From a virus (Duplodnaviria > Caudoviricetes), in the IMG/VR virus record IMGVR_UViG_3300042892_000699: 64,000 bases of DNA. The stretch is one strand, 5' to 3'. This document shows, in pieces, positions 39,108 to 47,232 of the stretch. How positions within the stretch are numbered: the first letter of the stretch is position 1; the number at the start of each line of letters is the position of its first letter. Below the pieces are notes generated by a model, which saw nothing but the letters and a program-made list of their open reading frames with translations, was not told the DNA's origin and made no database searches. Both the position numbers and the translations under genes were made by a program.

Positions 39108-39799
39108 TAGCATTGGCAGATCAACCTTTTAATTGTGTACATTGCGGTAAGAGTTTTATGAAAGAAAAGACTCTAGTAGCGCACATGTGTGAACAAAAAA
39201 GGCGTGCTCTGCAGAAAGATGAGAAGCGTGTTCAAGCAGGTTATATGGCCTATGTTCGTTTTTATCAACTTACACAAAATGATAAAAAAGGCAAGACCTA
39301 TGAACATTTTTGTACCAGTGCTTACTATAATGCCTTTGTAAAGTTTGGCAGTTTTGTCAATAACGTCAATCCTATCTATCCTCAAAAGTTCATTGACTAT
39401 GTGATTAAAAGTGGTGTCAAATTAGACCACTGGTGCAGGGATGAACTGTATGAACAGTACCTATTTGACATGCTCAAAGTAGAACCAGTCGAAGCAGCAG
39501 TGCAGAGAACATTGCAAACAATGATGGATTGGGGAGACGAGCATAGTGCAAATTTTGCACAATACTTTGATTATGTCAGTTTGAACAAAGCAGTGCATGA
39601 CATGCTAAATGGTCGCGTTAGTCCGTGGCTTATCCTAAATTGTACATCGGGTAAGACCATGGTTAGTAAGATGAGTGACGAACAGTTGAGCATGATTACA
39701 CCTGTATTTGATGTTAAATTCTGGATGAAGAAATTTAAAGATAGTCCTGCAGATATCTTGATGATTCAAGAACTGTGCAACGAGACTGGGATAAAATGA
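39104..39799 (+). CDS. Hypothetical protein with N-terminal C2H2-like zinc finger
   Basis: CVHCGKSFMKEKTLVAHMC fits C-x2-C-x3-F-x5-L-x2-H. Confidence 0.6.
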   Translation: MIALADQPFNCVHCGKSFMKEKTLVAHMCEQKRRALQKDEKRVQAGYMAYVRFYQLTQNDKKGKTYEHFCTSAYYNAFVKFGSFVNNVNPIYPQKFIDYVIKSGVKLDHWCRDELYEQYLFDMLKVEPVEAAVQRTLQTMMDWGDEHSANFAQYFDYVSLNKAVHDMLNGRVSPWLILNCTSGKTMVSKMSDEQLSMITPVFDVKFWMKKFKDSPADILMIQELCNETGIK

Positions 39800-40056
39800 C
39801 AGCCTTTATTAACAACATGTCCCAAGAAGAATTAAAAACATTTCTTCGTAAGGTCATGGGCCCTCCTCGTCGAACATTAGAAGGTCAAGAAAAAGAAAAT
39901 GTTTGGTTGATGATACAGATGCAAGATGAGCCCGACGAGTTTAGTAACAATCAACATAGTATATCTGAAGTCTACAGATTTAATCAGCGAGAATATCATG
40001 TGCATTATTTTCCTAACGAAAGTCCGTATATAGAAGAAATTATGAACGATGATTGA
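39796..40056 (+). CDS. Hypothetical protein
   Basis: Start moved to ATG 39796 (ATGA overlap). Confidence 0.55.
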   Translation: MTAFINNMSQEELKTFLRKVMGPPRRTLEGQEKENVWLMIQMQDEPDEFSNNQHSISEVYRFNQREYHVHYFPNESPYIEEIMNDD

Positions 40057-40300
40057 AATTCGAATACCGTTCGACACTATAGTTCAATACAGACATCTTA
40101 ATTTTATGAAACTACACCACGCTAGTAACCACGCTATCCAGTTAGCAGAATGGTGTAAGGATCAGGGATTGATTATGGGACTAGATTTTGAATGGGCAGT
40201 ATTTCAAGCCGATGAATATGTAACATTTAAGTTTATGAACAAGGGTGAGAAATATTCAACTATGTTTGCATTAAAGTTTGGGAGCGGCAACGGAGTATGA
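40049..40300 (+). CDS. Small paralog-family protein (C-terminal MFALKF)
   Basis: WC...G...W...F.F...YSTMFALKFG, shared with neighbours. Confidence 0.6.
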   Translation: MIEIRIPFDTIVQYRHLNFMKLHHASNHAIQLAEWCKDQGLIMGLDFEWAVFQADEYVTFKFMNKGEKYSTMFALKFGSGNGV

Positions 40301-40605
40301 TTACTAAAACACTTTGGACACTGAGTAAGCCCGATGCTACAGAAATTGATGCAACATTCCTATTTGGGTTGGGTTGCGAAGTGGAAGTCGTTATGCCCGA
40401 ATGGCAAGATTTTGAAACTTCAAATGGAACACGCTGGCGATATCAAAACGAAAATCCCTACATCAAGATAACAACCACTTGCGAAAAACAGGAAATGATG
40501 TTAAAATTAAAGTACGGGGACGCACTCCTTCTATCAGAAACTCCAACATCTTTTTTAGACTATGAAGACTTCCATATGGCACCATACAGCAGATCAGCAG
40601 CCTGA
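40297..40605 (+). CDS. Small paralog-family protein, divergent (EKQEMMLKLKYG)
   Basis: ATGA overlap; related C-terminal motif. Confidence 0.55.
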   Translation: MITKTLWTLSKPDATEIDATFLFGLGCEVEVVMPEWQDFETSNGTRWRYQNENPYIKITTTCEKQEMMLKLKYGDALLLSETPTSFLDYEDFHMAPYSRSAA

Positions 40606-40912
40606 TAAAAGCGGCTATTATATGGGCTTCAGGACCGTAACCCTAGCTGACGATACTTGTGGTGTAGATTACTTTTATTGGAATCATACTGGAGGCATGA
40701 ACGGCAAGGGAGAATGGCGTACTGACAGCACCTGTCATAGTCATTGGGCTAATGTCTATTACTGGACCAAAGATAATCCAGAGCAGTGGGTCGATAGTGA
40801 TCCTCCTGTGAGATATAGAAAAGCACCAAAGTCTAATCCAGCATTGGCTATCGCTTGGAACAATGTCCAAGAAGCACTGCGTCAATATGAAATTGTGAAA
40901 GCACTAACATGA
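40562..40912 (+). CDS. Hypothetical Trp-rich protein
   Basis: WHHTADQQPDKSGYY N-terminus; ATGA overlap downstream. Confidence 0.55.
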   Translation: MKTSIWHHTADQQPDKSGYYMGFRTVTLADDTCGVDYFYWNHTGGMNGKGEWRTDSTCHSHWANVYYWTKDNPEQWVDSDPPVRYRKAPKSNPALAIAWNNVQEALRQYEIVKALT

Positions 40913-41109
40913 GACGACTTAAAAAAGAATTATGGCCATATAAGACCAAAGTTAATCTTTTGCACAGTACCAGAGAAGTTGATGAATGGTTAGGAAAGAC
41001 CTTGGGCAAATTCAAAGGTAAATGGAATGTAGTTCATCACAGTACTTCTATTGAATATTATTTTAAACAAGATCGAGATCTTACTATGTTTATGTTGAGG
41101 TGGTCATGA
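40909..41109 (+). CDS. Small paralog-family protein (QDRDLTMFMLRWS)
   Basis: ATGA overlaps on both sides. Confidence 0.65.
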   Translation: MRRLKKELWPYKTKVNLLHSTREVDEWLGKTLGKFKGKWNVVHHSTSIEYYFKQDRDLTMFMLRWS

Positions 41110-41381
41110 CCAGTATTAGTTCTATTGTCGGCGGCTTGAACATCGGTTCAGAACACGAACTGCGACCTATGAAAACGGGAGAAGCTGGCGGATGGGGTAT
41201 GAAATATACCTGGATTGAAATGGCTCGAACAGAAAGCACTCCCTTGGATCTAAATGAACAGGCACAGACTTGGTGCAGAGAACGATTTGGAAATAGTGGC
41301 AGTCGTTGGTTTGAAAAGAAAGACAAATTTTATTTTAAAGATGAAAAGGATTTGACCTTATTCATTCTGAGGTGGTCATGA
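41106..41381 (+). CDS. Small paralog-family protein (DEKDLTLFILRWS)
   Basis: Start moved to ATG 41106; WCRERFG...RW...FYFKDEKD. Confidence 0.65.
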   Translation: MTSISSIVGGLNIGSEHELRPMKTGEAGGWGMKYTWIEMARTESTPLDLNEQAQTWCRERFGNSGSRWFEKKDKFYFKDEKDLTLFILRWS

Positions 41382-41614
41382 GTGATACTGCTAGCTGGAT
41401 TACATTTGGTAAAGAACGTTATTGGCAACATCCAGACATGGAACAATGGTGCCACGAACATATAGGAACCGGTGGGTGGTCCTACCAAACTCCTAAAACT
41501 TGGGAAGGCATGAATGGTAAGATTTGGGTTATGCACAGCATGTTTGGCAACACTACTTTTGCATTTAAAGATTCTAAAGACTTAACTATGTTTTTGTTGA
41601 GGTGGGGCACATAA
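41378..41614 (+). CDS. Small paralog-family protein (DSKDLTMFLLRWG)
   Basis: Start moved to ATG 41378; WCHEHIG.GGW. Confidence 0.65.
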   Translation: MSDTASWITFGKERYWQHPDMEQWCHEHIGTGGWSYQTPKTWEGMNGKIWVMHSMFGNTTFAFKDSKDLTMFLLRWGT

Positions 41615-41634
41615 AGTGATATATACTATAGAAC

Positions 41635-41835
41635 ATGATTGAGTTTAAAGTTCCTAGCGTAGGTAAAGCAGAGGCTTGGTGCATGAAGCACGTTGGGCCT
41701 CGTCTCTATTATATTCACGATAGAATAGGTGGAGAAGGTTGGCGCATTATGCCGCTTCGTGGCGGCGCTGAAATTTTACTTTGCTTAGAGGACGACAAGA
41801 AAGCCACAATGGCTATGTTAATGCTGATAGAATAA
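41635..41835 (+). CDS. Small paralog-family protein (DDKKATMAMLML)
   Basis: WCMKHVG...GGEGW; TAATG overlap downstream. Confidence 0.6.
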   Translation: MIEFKVPSVGKAEAWCMKHVGPRLYYIHDRIGGEGWRIMPLRGGAEILLCLEDDKKATMAMLMLIE

Positions 41836-42218
41836 TGACTACAGAAAATATAAAACAATTTTGCCAACATCACAGTATTCGTGTACTTGATACAAACAAG
41901 CGGGCACATCGGTACAGCAAAGTCAATTTAAATTACTTTAGAGATCCTATGGATTTTAATCGAGTTTATGAAGATGTTATATATGATAGCGAACCGTTGT
42001 ATACTGTGGAAATTGCTGAAAGTGAATTAGAAAGAATTGCAGACTTCGAATCCGAGGTGTTTAACAACATGAAGAAGCAAGGGCATTACAGAATGTTTGA
42101 AACACTAATGGAGCAGAAAGAACGAGAGAGAGCACTGCGGGACAAATATCCAGCAGTAAAAAAAGCATACGAACAATATAGCCTAATGTTAAAACTGGCT
42201 GAAAGTGGAGAATTATGA
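41835..42218 (+). CDS. Hypothetical protein
   Basis: Start moved to ATG 41835; coupled to the cupin gene. Confidence 0.6.
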   Translation: MTTENIKQFCQHHSIRVLDTNKRAHRYSKVNLNYFRDPMDFNRVYEDVIYDSEPLYTVEIAESELERIADFESEVFNNMKKQGHYRMFETLMEQKERERALRDKYPAVKKAYEQYSLMLKLAESGEL

Positions 42219-42571
42219 GATTAGAAGGTTTTGTAGAAAAAGGTTGGGGTCACGAATTAATTTGGGCAACAAACGACAAGTATTGCGGAAAATTACTAAA
42301 GTTTAATACCGGTGCTAGATTTAGTATGCATTTCCATTCTGTAAAGGAAGAAACCTGGTATGTGTTAAGCGGTGAATTTCAAGTTAGATTTATTGATACG
42401 AAGACAGCGGATGAATATTTAGAAGTATTAAAACCAGGCTCTGTGTGGCATAATAATCCACTGGTACCACATCAACTGATTTGTCTCGAAGAAGGGACCA
42501 TTATCGAAGTTAGCACACCGGACAGTGTCGAAGACAATTATCGAGTTGCTAAAGGAGACAGTCAGAAATGA
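42215..42571 (+). CDS. Cupin-fold sugar isomerase-like protein
   Basis: EKGWGHE...SMHFHSVKEETWYVLSG...PHQL...IIEVST cupin metal motif. Confidence 0.75.
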   Translation: MRLEGFVEKGWGHELIWATNDKYCGKLLKFNTGARFSMHFHSVKEETWYVLSGEFQVRFIDTKTADEYLEVLKPGSVWHNNPLVPHQLICLEEGTIIEVSTPDSVEDNYRVAKGDSQK

Positions 42572-43356
42572 AAATTTTGATTACAGGGTATAAAGGTTTT
42601 ATTGGTCAAAATATGGTCAATGCACTAAATGACGAACACGAACTGTCTCTTTTTGAATGGGGAGAAGAACTTCCAGATTTTAGAGGCTTAGACTGGTGCA
42701 TACATTTAGGAGCAAATTCGTCTACTACTGAAATGGATGTAGACAAGATGCTAGATCAGAATTATGATTTTAGTAGACTTGTTATCAATCAATGTCAGGC
42801 AAACAATGTAAATTTGCAATATGCAAGTTCTGCAAGCGTATATGGACTAGGAAAAGAATTTAACGAAAATGCACCTGTTCATTTGCTAAGTCCATATGCA
42901 TGGAGCAAATATCTTTTTGAAAGATATGTAAGTGGATTTAGAGAAAAATGGTCTAACATAACAGTCCAGGGATTTAGGTATTTCAACGTGTATGGACCTC
43001 ATGAAGATCATAAAGGTGATCAGTCTAGCCCTCATCATAAGTTTACCAAGCAGGCAGAAGCTACCGGAGTTATCAAGCTATTTGAAAATTCTGAGAATTA
43101 CAAACGTGATTTTATTTCTGTACATGAAGTAGTTAGTATTCATAAAAAGTTTTTTAACGTAACTGAATCTGGTATTTGGAATGCCGGTACAGGTCGCGCT
43201 ACATCGTTTGATAACGTTGCTCGAACAATTGCAGAAGGAATGAAATGTAGAGTTGAATATATTCCTATGCCTGATAATGTTAAAGCACATTATCAAACAT
43301 ACACATGTGCTGATGTAACTAACCTAAGAAAGTATTATGACCCGAGTAATGGTTAA
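42568..43356 (+). CDS. hldD: ADP-L-glycero-D-manno-heptose 6-epimerase (extended SDR)
   Basis: ITGYKGFIG, HLGANSSTTE.D...M..NY, YASSASVYG, YAWSK, RYFNVYGPHE.HKG, RDFI, YQTYTCAD. Confidence 0.85.
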   Translation: MKILITGYKGFIGQNMVNALNDEHELSLFEWGEELPDFRGLDWCIHLGANSSTTEMDVDKMLDQNYDFSRLVINQCQANNVNLQYASSASVYGLGKEFNENAPVHLLSPYAWSKYLFERYVSGFREKWSNITVQGFRYFNVYGPHEDHKGDQSSPHHKFTKQAEATGVIKLFENSENYKRDFISVHEVVSIHKKFFNVTESGIWNAGTGRATSFDNVARTIAEGMKCRVEYIPMPDNVKAHYQTYTCADVTNLRKYYDPSNG

Positions 43357-43741
43357 CGGAACATTTGATATTCTGCATCGAGGTCATATTGAAATGCTCA
43401 ACTTTGCTAAAAGCAAAGGAGATGCGGTACTGGTTGTGATTGATACTGATCGTAGAGTGCAAGAGTTAAAAGGTGATGATCGTCCTATTAACAACCAAGA
43501 AGATCGTAAATTTCATTTAGAAAATTTAAAAGCAGTTGACAGTGTATTGTTTTTTGACAGCAAAGAACAACTTATAGAAATAATGAAAAGCTGGAAACCA
43601 GACGTGTATGTAAAAGGCAGCGACTGGAAAAAAGATAGACCTAGCACAGCAGAAGAATATTGTAAAGAAGTGATCTATTATGACAGAGTCGGCGAATACT
43701 CAACTACCAACACCATTCAGAATATTATTAATCGGGGATGA
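43337..43741 (+). CDS. Heptose-1-phosphate nucleotidyltransferase (HldE domain II / HldC-like)
   Basis: NGTFDILHRGH, D..V..LKG..RPIN....R...L, PDVYVKGSDW, C-terminal GEYSTT. Confidence 0.8.
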   Translation: MTRVMVNGTFDILHRGHIEMLNFAKSKGDAVLVVIDTDRRVQELKGDDRPINNQEDRKFHLENLKAVDSVLFFDSKEQLIEIMKSWKPDVYVKGSDWKKDRPSTAEEYCKEVIYYDRVGEYSTTNTIQNIINRG

Positions 43742-44447
43742 TTGCTTAGATGTTTATCAGTTTGGAACTGTTGACAGAATAAGTCCCGAGGCACCTGTTC
43801 CTGTATTCAAATATAGCTCTAAGGAAGAAAGAGCAGGCATGGCTCGTAATGTCAAACTCAATCTTGAAGCACTGGGCTGTGAAGTTACATACCTATGCGG
43901 AGAAACAAGTGTTAAGACCAGATTAATCGATTCCAAAAGTAAACAACACATTGTAAGAATTGACAATGATGTTAAATCTAATCCTATTGAATTTGCTTCG
44001 GCTATTCCTGCGATTTACGACGCAGTTGTGATCAGTGACTACAACAAAGGTACAGTTAGCTACGAATTAATCGAAGAACTCGTTGCTTTGAGCATACCAG
44101 TGTTCATAGACACTAAAAAGACTGACTTAGAACGTTTTCAAGGTGCATGGGTTAAGATTAATGAACTAGAGTATAGCAGATTAACAAGCGAGTGTGCTGG
44201 GTTAATTGTTACATTAGGTAGCAAAGGTGCTAGACTATGGGACGAAGTGCATCCAAGTAAACAAGTAGAAGTAAGTGATGTTTGTGGATGTGGTGATACT
44301 TTTTTGGCGGCACTAACCACTCAATACCTATATACAAATGATATAAAGAAAGCTATAATGTTTGCTAACGTTGCCGCAGGATTAACTGTACAACATTTAG
44401 GAAATTACGCACCATCATACGACGAGATTAGAAATGCCGGATATTGA
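43680..44447 (+). CDS. Heptose-7-phosphate kinase (HldE domain I / HldA-like, PfkB family)
   Basis: IGDDCLDVY..G.V.RISPEAPVPV, ISDYNKG, KINELE, DVCGCGDTF, AN.AAG..V. Confidence 0.85.
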   Translation: MTESANTQLPTPFRILLIGDDCLDVYQFGTVDRISPEAPVPVFKYSSKEERAGMARNVKLNLEALGCEVTYLCGETSVKTRLIDSKSKQHIVRIDNDVKSNPIEFASAIPAIYDAVVISDYNKGTVSYELIEELVALSIPVFIDTKKTDLERFQGAWVKINELEYSRLTSECAGLIVTLGSKGARLWDEVHPSKQVEVSDVCGCGDTFLAALTTQYLYTNDIKKAIMFANVAAGLTVQHLGNYAPSYDEIRNAGY

Positions 44448-45024
44448 TATCGACTTTGCTGATAGAACAAAAATTCTCAAAATTATCGAGCATGTACCAG
44501 CGGCTATTAAAGATAATGGAACTTTTAAAAAGCACAATACTGGCGTATATTGTCATTCTATCCCGTACAATTCCATAACTGATACTGCTAGCTTTGACTA
44601 TAAAGAAGCTGAAAACCGCGGGTATTTTAAGATTGACCTATTAAATGTTGGAATTTACAAAGATGTACGAGATGAAGAACATCTCTTAAAATTATTAAAT
44701 CAAGAACCACTATGGGATCTTTTACAACAGGACGATTTCACTAATATGTTGTTCCATGTGAACGGTCACGGATCAATTCTAAGACAGATGTTGCCAAATA
44801 GCATAAGTCAATTGGCTGCGGTATTAGCTATGATTAGACCGGCAAAACGCTATCTAATTGGACAAGACTGGAATACTGTAAACGCAGAAATTTGGCAAAA
44901 GCCTGCGGGTAATGAGTATTATTTTAAAAAAGCTCACGCTATAGCATATGCGGCAGCTATTGTAGTTCAAATGAACTTAATTTGCGAAGGTCTTACTTCC
45001 TCGCATTCCTTATTAGCTGAATAG
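44434..45024 (+). CDS. Miniature DnaE (Pol III alpha, family C)-like catalytic core
   Basis: MPDIDIDF, KHNTGV, GYFKIDLL, LAAVLAMIRP and YFKKAHAIAYA are collinear with DnaE motifs PDFDVDF, KHAGGV, GLVKFDFL, ALFRP and FNKSHSAAYA in only 196 aa. Confidence 0.75.
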   Translation: MPDIDIDFADRTKILKIIEHVPAAIKDNGTFKKHNTGVYCHSIPYNSITDTASFDYKEAENRGYFKIDLLNVGIYKDVRDEEHLLKLLNQEPLWDLLQQDDFTNMLFHVNGHGSILRQMLPNSISQLAAVLAMIRPAKRYLIGQDWNTVNAEIWQKPAGNEYYFKKAHAIAYAAAIVVQMNLICEGLTSSHSLLAE

Positions 45025-45361
45025 ATTTACGTTTTACTCTCTTTTCAGCAATTTCGCTTAGATTAACACTAGGACCAAATACTAACTCTATGTCTTTTAC
45101 ATTAAAAGTTTTTATAAAGGGTCGGAATACATGCATTTCTTTTTTAAGAAAAATGTTTATGGGTATTTTTCTGTTACTTTCCCACCACCAGACTTCACCC
45201 ATTTCTAGGAAAATCTGTCGTTCCTCGACTCCTACGATCATAGATAGATCGTAGATGCTAGCAACATAATCATCAAAGTTAATAACAATACCTACATATT
45301 CCTTATCATTGGATTTTAAGCAGGTTATGAACGGAAAGTTTTCTTGGAACTGGTCTCTCAT
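44993..45361 (-). CDS. Hypothetical protein
   Basis: 122 aa; converges on and overlaps the mini-DnaE. Confidence 0.65.
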   Translation of the reverse strand: MRDQFQENFPFITCLKSNDKEYVGIVINFDDYVASIYDLSMIVGVEERQIFLEMGEVWWWESNRKIPINIFLKKEMHVFRPFIKTFNVKDIELVFGPSVNLSEIAEKRVKRKSIQLIRNARK

Positions 45362-45371
45362 TAGTTTAAAA

Positions 45372-45377
45372 TAAATA
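45372..45377 (+). promoter_or_regulatory. Late promoter motif TAAATA, 4 nt before ATG
   Basis: ATAAATACTTTATG. Confidence 0.55.
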
Positions 45378-45381
45378 CTTT

Positions 45382-46218
45382 ATGCAAAATTTACCAGTCT
45401 ATTTATATAATTACAAACTCGATGTAACATTAGATTTGGACGCTACTGTAAGAGGAGTAAACCAGGTTATGTACCAGCGAGACCTAAAGATACAAAAAGG
45501 TATCAAAAATCAAGTTAGAATTCAGTTTAAAAATAGCGACCAAAAAAATGTTAGAATCTACAACACGCAAACATTTGTATTCAGTATGTTTGATGCTATC
45601 AATCAGAGATTAATAGTTGAAAAACAAATCGAAGTACTAGATGTAGCAACTACTTCAACCAAGGGATTAGCTATACTAACTCTTAATGAGAGTGATACAT
45701 TAGATTTAGATAGAACCAGTTATCAATATACAATTAAACTTAGAGAATCTGATGGAGCCTATCTCCCAACTTATTCTAATACTTACTACGGAATGGCAGG
45801 AACCCTGCATCTAAGTTCTGAAGTATTTCCTGTTCTCAAAGACAGCACCACTATAAACACGTTTAATATTACATACAACGACGATATACAGAAGTATGAG
45901 CATAAGAGTGGAAACATCTATGCTAACCCAGAATACAATGGTAATAGCGCATTGCACACATTAGCCATGTACATGACCGGATATAAGGGGACCGTATACA
46001 TTCAAGGAACCCTGGACAACACTCCGGGATCAAGTGGAAATTATTCTAACATCGTTACCAAGACTTATACTGGATTTACCGGAATAGATTCGATTAACTT
46101 TAATGGTGTCTATACCTATATTAGAATTCTACATGTTCCTGGAACTGCACCTGCAGAATCTAATAATGATAATCCTAGTTTCTTCGGATCGTTTGACAAA
46201 GCACTTTACAGAAGCTAA
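45382..46218 (+). CDS. Beta-rich hypothetical late protein (Ig/baseplate-upper-like N-terminus)
   Basis: KGIKNQVRIQFKNSDQK, GLAILTL...L....YQY; late promoter. Confidence 0.45.
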   Translation: MQNLPVYLYNYKLDVTLDLDATVRGVNQVMYQRDLKIQKGIKNQVRIQFKNSDQKNVRIYNTQTFVFSMFDAINQRLIVEKQIEVLDVATTSTKGLAILTLNESDTLDLDRTSYQYTIKLRESDGAYLPTYSNTYYGMAGTLHLSSEVFPVLKDSTTINTFNITYNDDIQKYEHKSGNIYANPEYNGNSALHTLAMYMTGYKGTVYIQGTLDNTPGSSGNYSNIVTKTYTGFTGIDSINFNGVYTYIRILHVPGTAPAESNNDNPSFFGSFDKALYRS

Positions 46219-46221
46219 ACT
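46193..46221 (+). promoter_or_regulatory. sigma70-like promoter TTGACA-17-TAAACT, 6 nt before the primase GTG
   Basis: Spacer counted as 17 nt. Confidence 0.6.
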
Positions 46222-46227
46222 GTATAT

Positions 46228-47232
46228 GTGAACGATATACAATCTGCATTACTGACATTACTGCCTTCTAAGAGGAAACTTACATCCGGTGGATGGACCA
46301 GTTTTAATGCTCCCTGCTGTCATCACAGAGGAGAACGTCAAGATGAAAAACTGCGTGGCGGTATTAGAGTAGAGAATGACGGGTTTGTATATCATTGTTT
46401 CAATTGTGGATTTGCCGCAGGATGGACTCCTGGTAAAATTCTAAGCAAGAATACCAAAAGCCTATTTCAATGGATAGGCATGAATGAGATAGACATAGGT
46501 AAACTTAATCTTGCGGCACTCAAGATCAAAGATGACCAGCCCGTTCTTAAGAAAGCACTAAATTTAGTATTATTAGAAAAACCCTTGCCCGATGGCACAA
46601 TGTCTGTAATGGAATGGATTAATACCGGGTACTTGCCCGATGTAGCAGAAGACATTGGCAAGATAGTAGAATACATTTTAAGTAGGGGTATGGAGCTCGA
46701 TTGGTACAATTGGATGTGGAGTCCTGCATCGGGCTATGTAGATAGAGTACTAATACCGTTTTATCAAGATGGAAAGGTAGTAGGATACACTGGCAGAAAA
46801 ATCAATCCCGGCAACCCTAAGTACTTGACAGATAGTCAAAGTGGATATGTTTTTAATTTGGATCGTCAAGGGTGGAATCGTCAATGCGTCATAGTCGTAG
46901 AAGGACAATTTGATGCTATAGCTATAGATGGCGTAGCCATTATGACGAACGAGCCTAACGATGCCCAGATTGCAAGATTGACTGGATTAGGAAAAGAAAT
47001 TATAGTAGTACCAGACAGAGATCGCCCCGGTGCCAAGATGCTCAAATCAGCAATAACCAATGGCTGGAGTGCTAGTTTGCCTCCGTGGGGCGATGACGTC
47101 AAAGATGTAGCAGATGCTGTAAAGAAATATGGACGACTGTATGTGTTAGCCACAATCTTGCACTACAAGGTTGCGGGCGAGATAAAAATAAATCTAATGA
47201 AGAAGAAACTAGAAGCGTTAAGAGATGAATAA
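46228..47232 (+). CDS. gp61: DNA primase (DnaG-type, T4 gp61-like)
   Basis: Zn-binding APCC...YHCFNCGF, IPFY..GKVVGYTGR, Toprim VVEGQFDA, PDRD..G, KDVAD. Confidence 0.85.
   Translation: MNDIQSALLTLLPSKRKLTSGGWTSFNAPCCHHRGERQDEKLRGGIRVENDGFVYHCFNCGFAAGWTPGKILSKNTKSLFQWIGMNEIDIGKLNLAALKIKDDQPVLKKALNLVLLEKPLPDGTMSVMEWINTGYLPDVAEDIGKIVEYILSRGMELDWYNWMWSPASGYVDRVLIPFYQDGKVVGYTGRKINPGNPKYLTDSQSGYVFNLDRQGWNRQCVIVVEGQFDAIAIDGVAIMTNEPNDAQIARLTGLGKEIIVVPDRDRPGAKMLKSAITNGWSASLPPWGDDVKDVADAVKKYGRLYVLATILHYKVAGEIKINLMKKKLEALRDE

Noticed and set aside
41597-41627. sigma70 promoter before ORF 41635 (TATACT)
   Set aside because: There is no acceptable -35 at 16-18 nt, so it was too weak to list
44434-45024. 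dnaE pseudogene
   Set aside because: It is a single intact ORF with a coupled start, precise loss of whole domains and all catalytic motifs retained. This fits a selected mini-protein better than decay, although not proven without homologs
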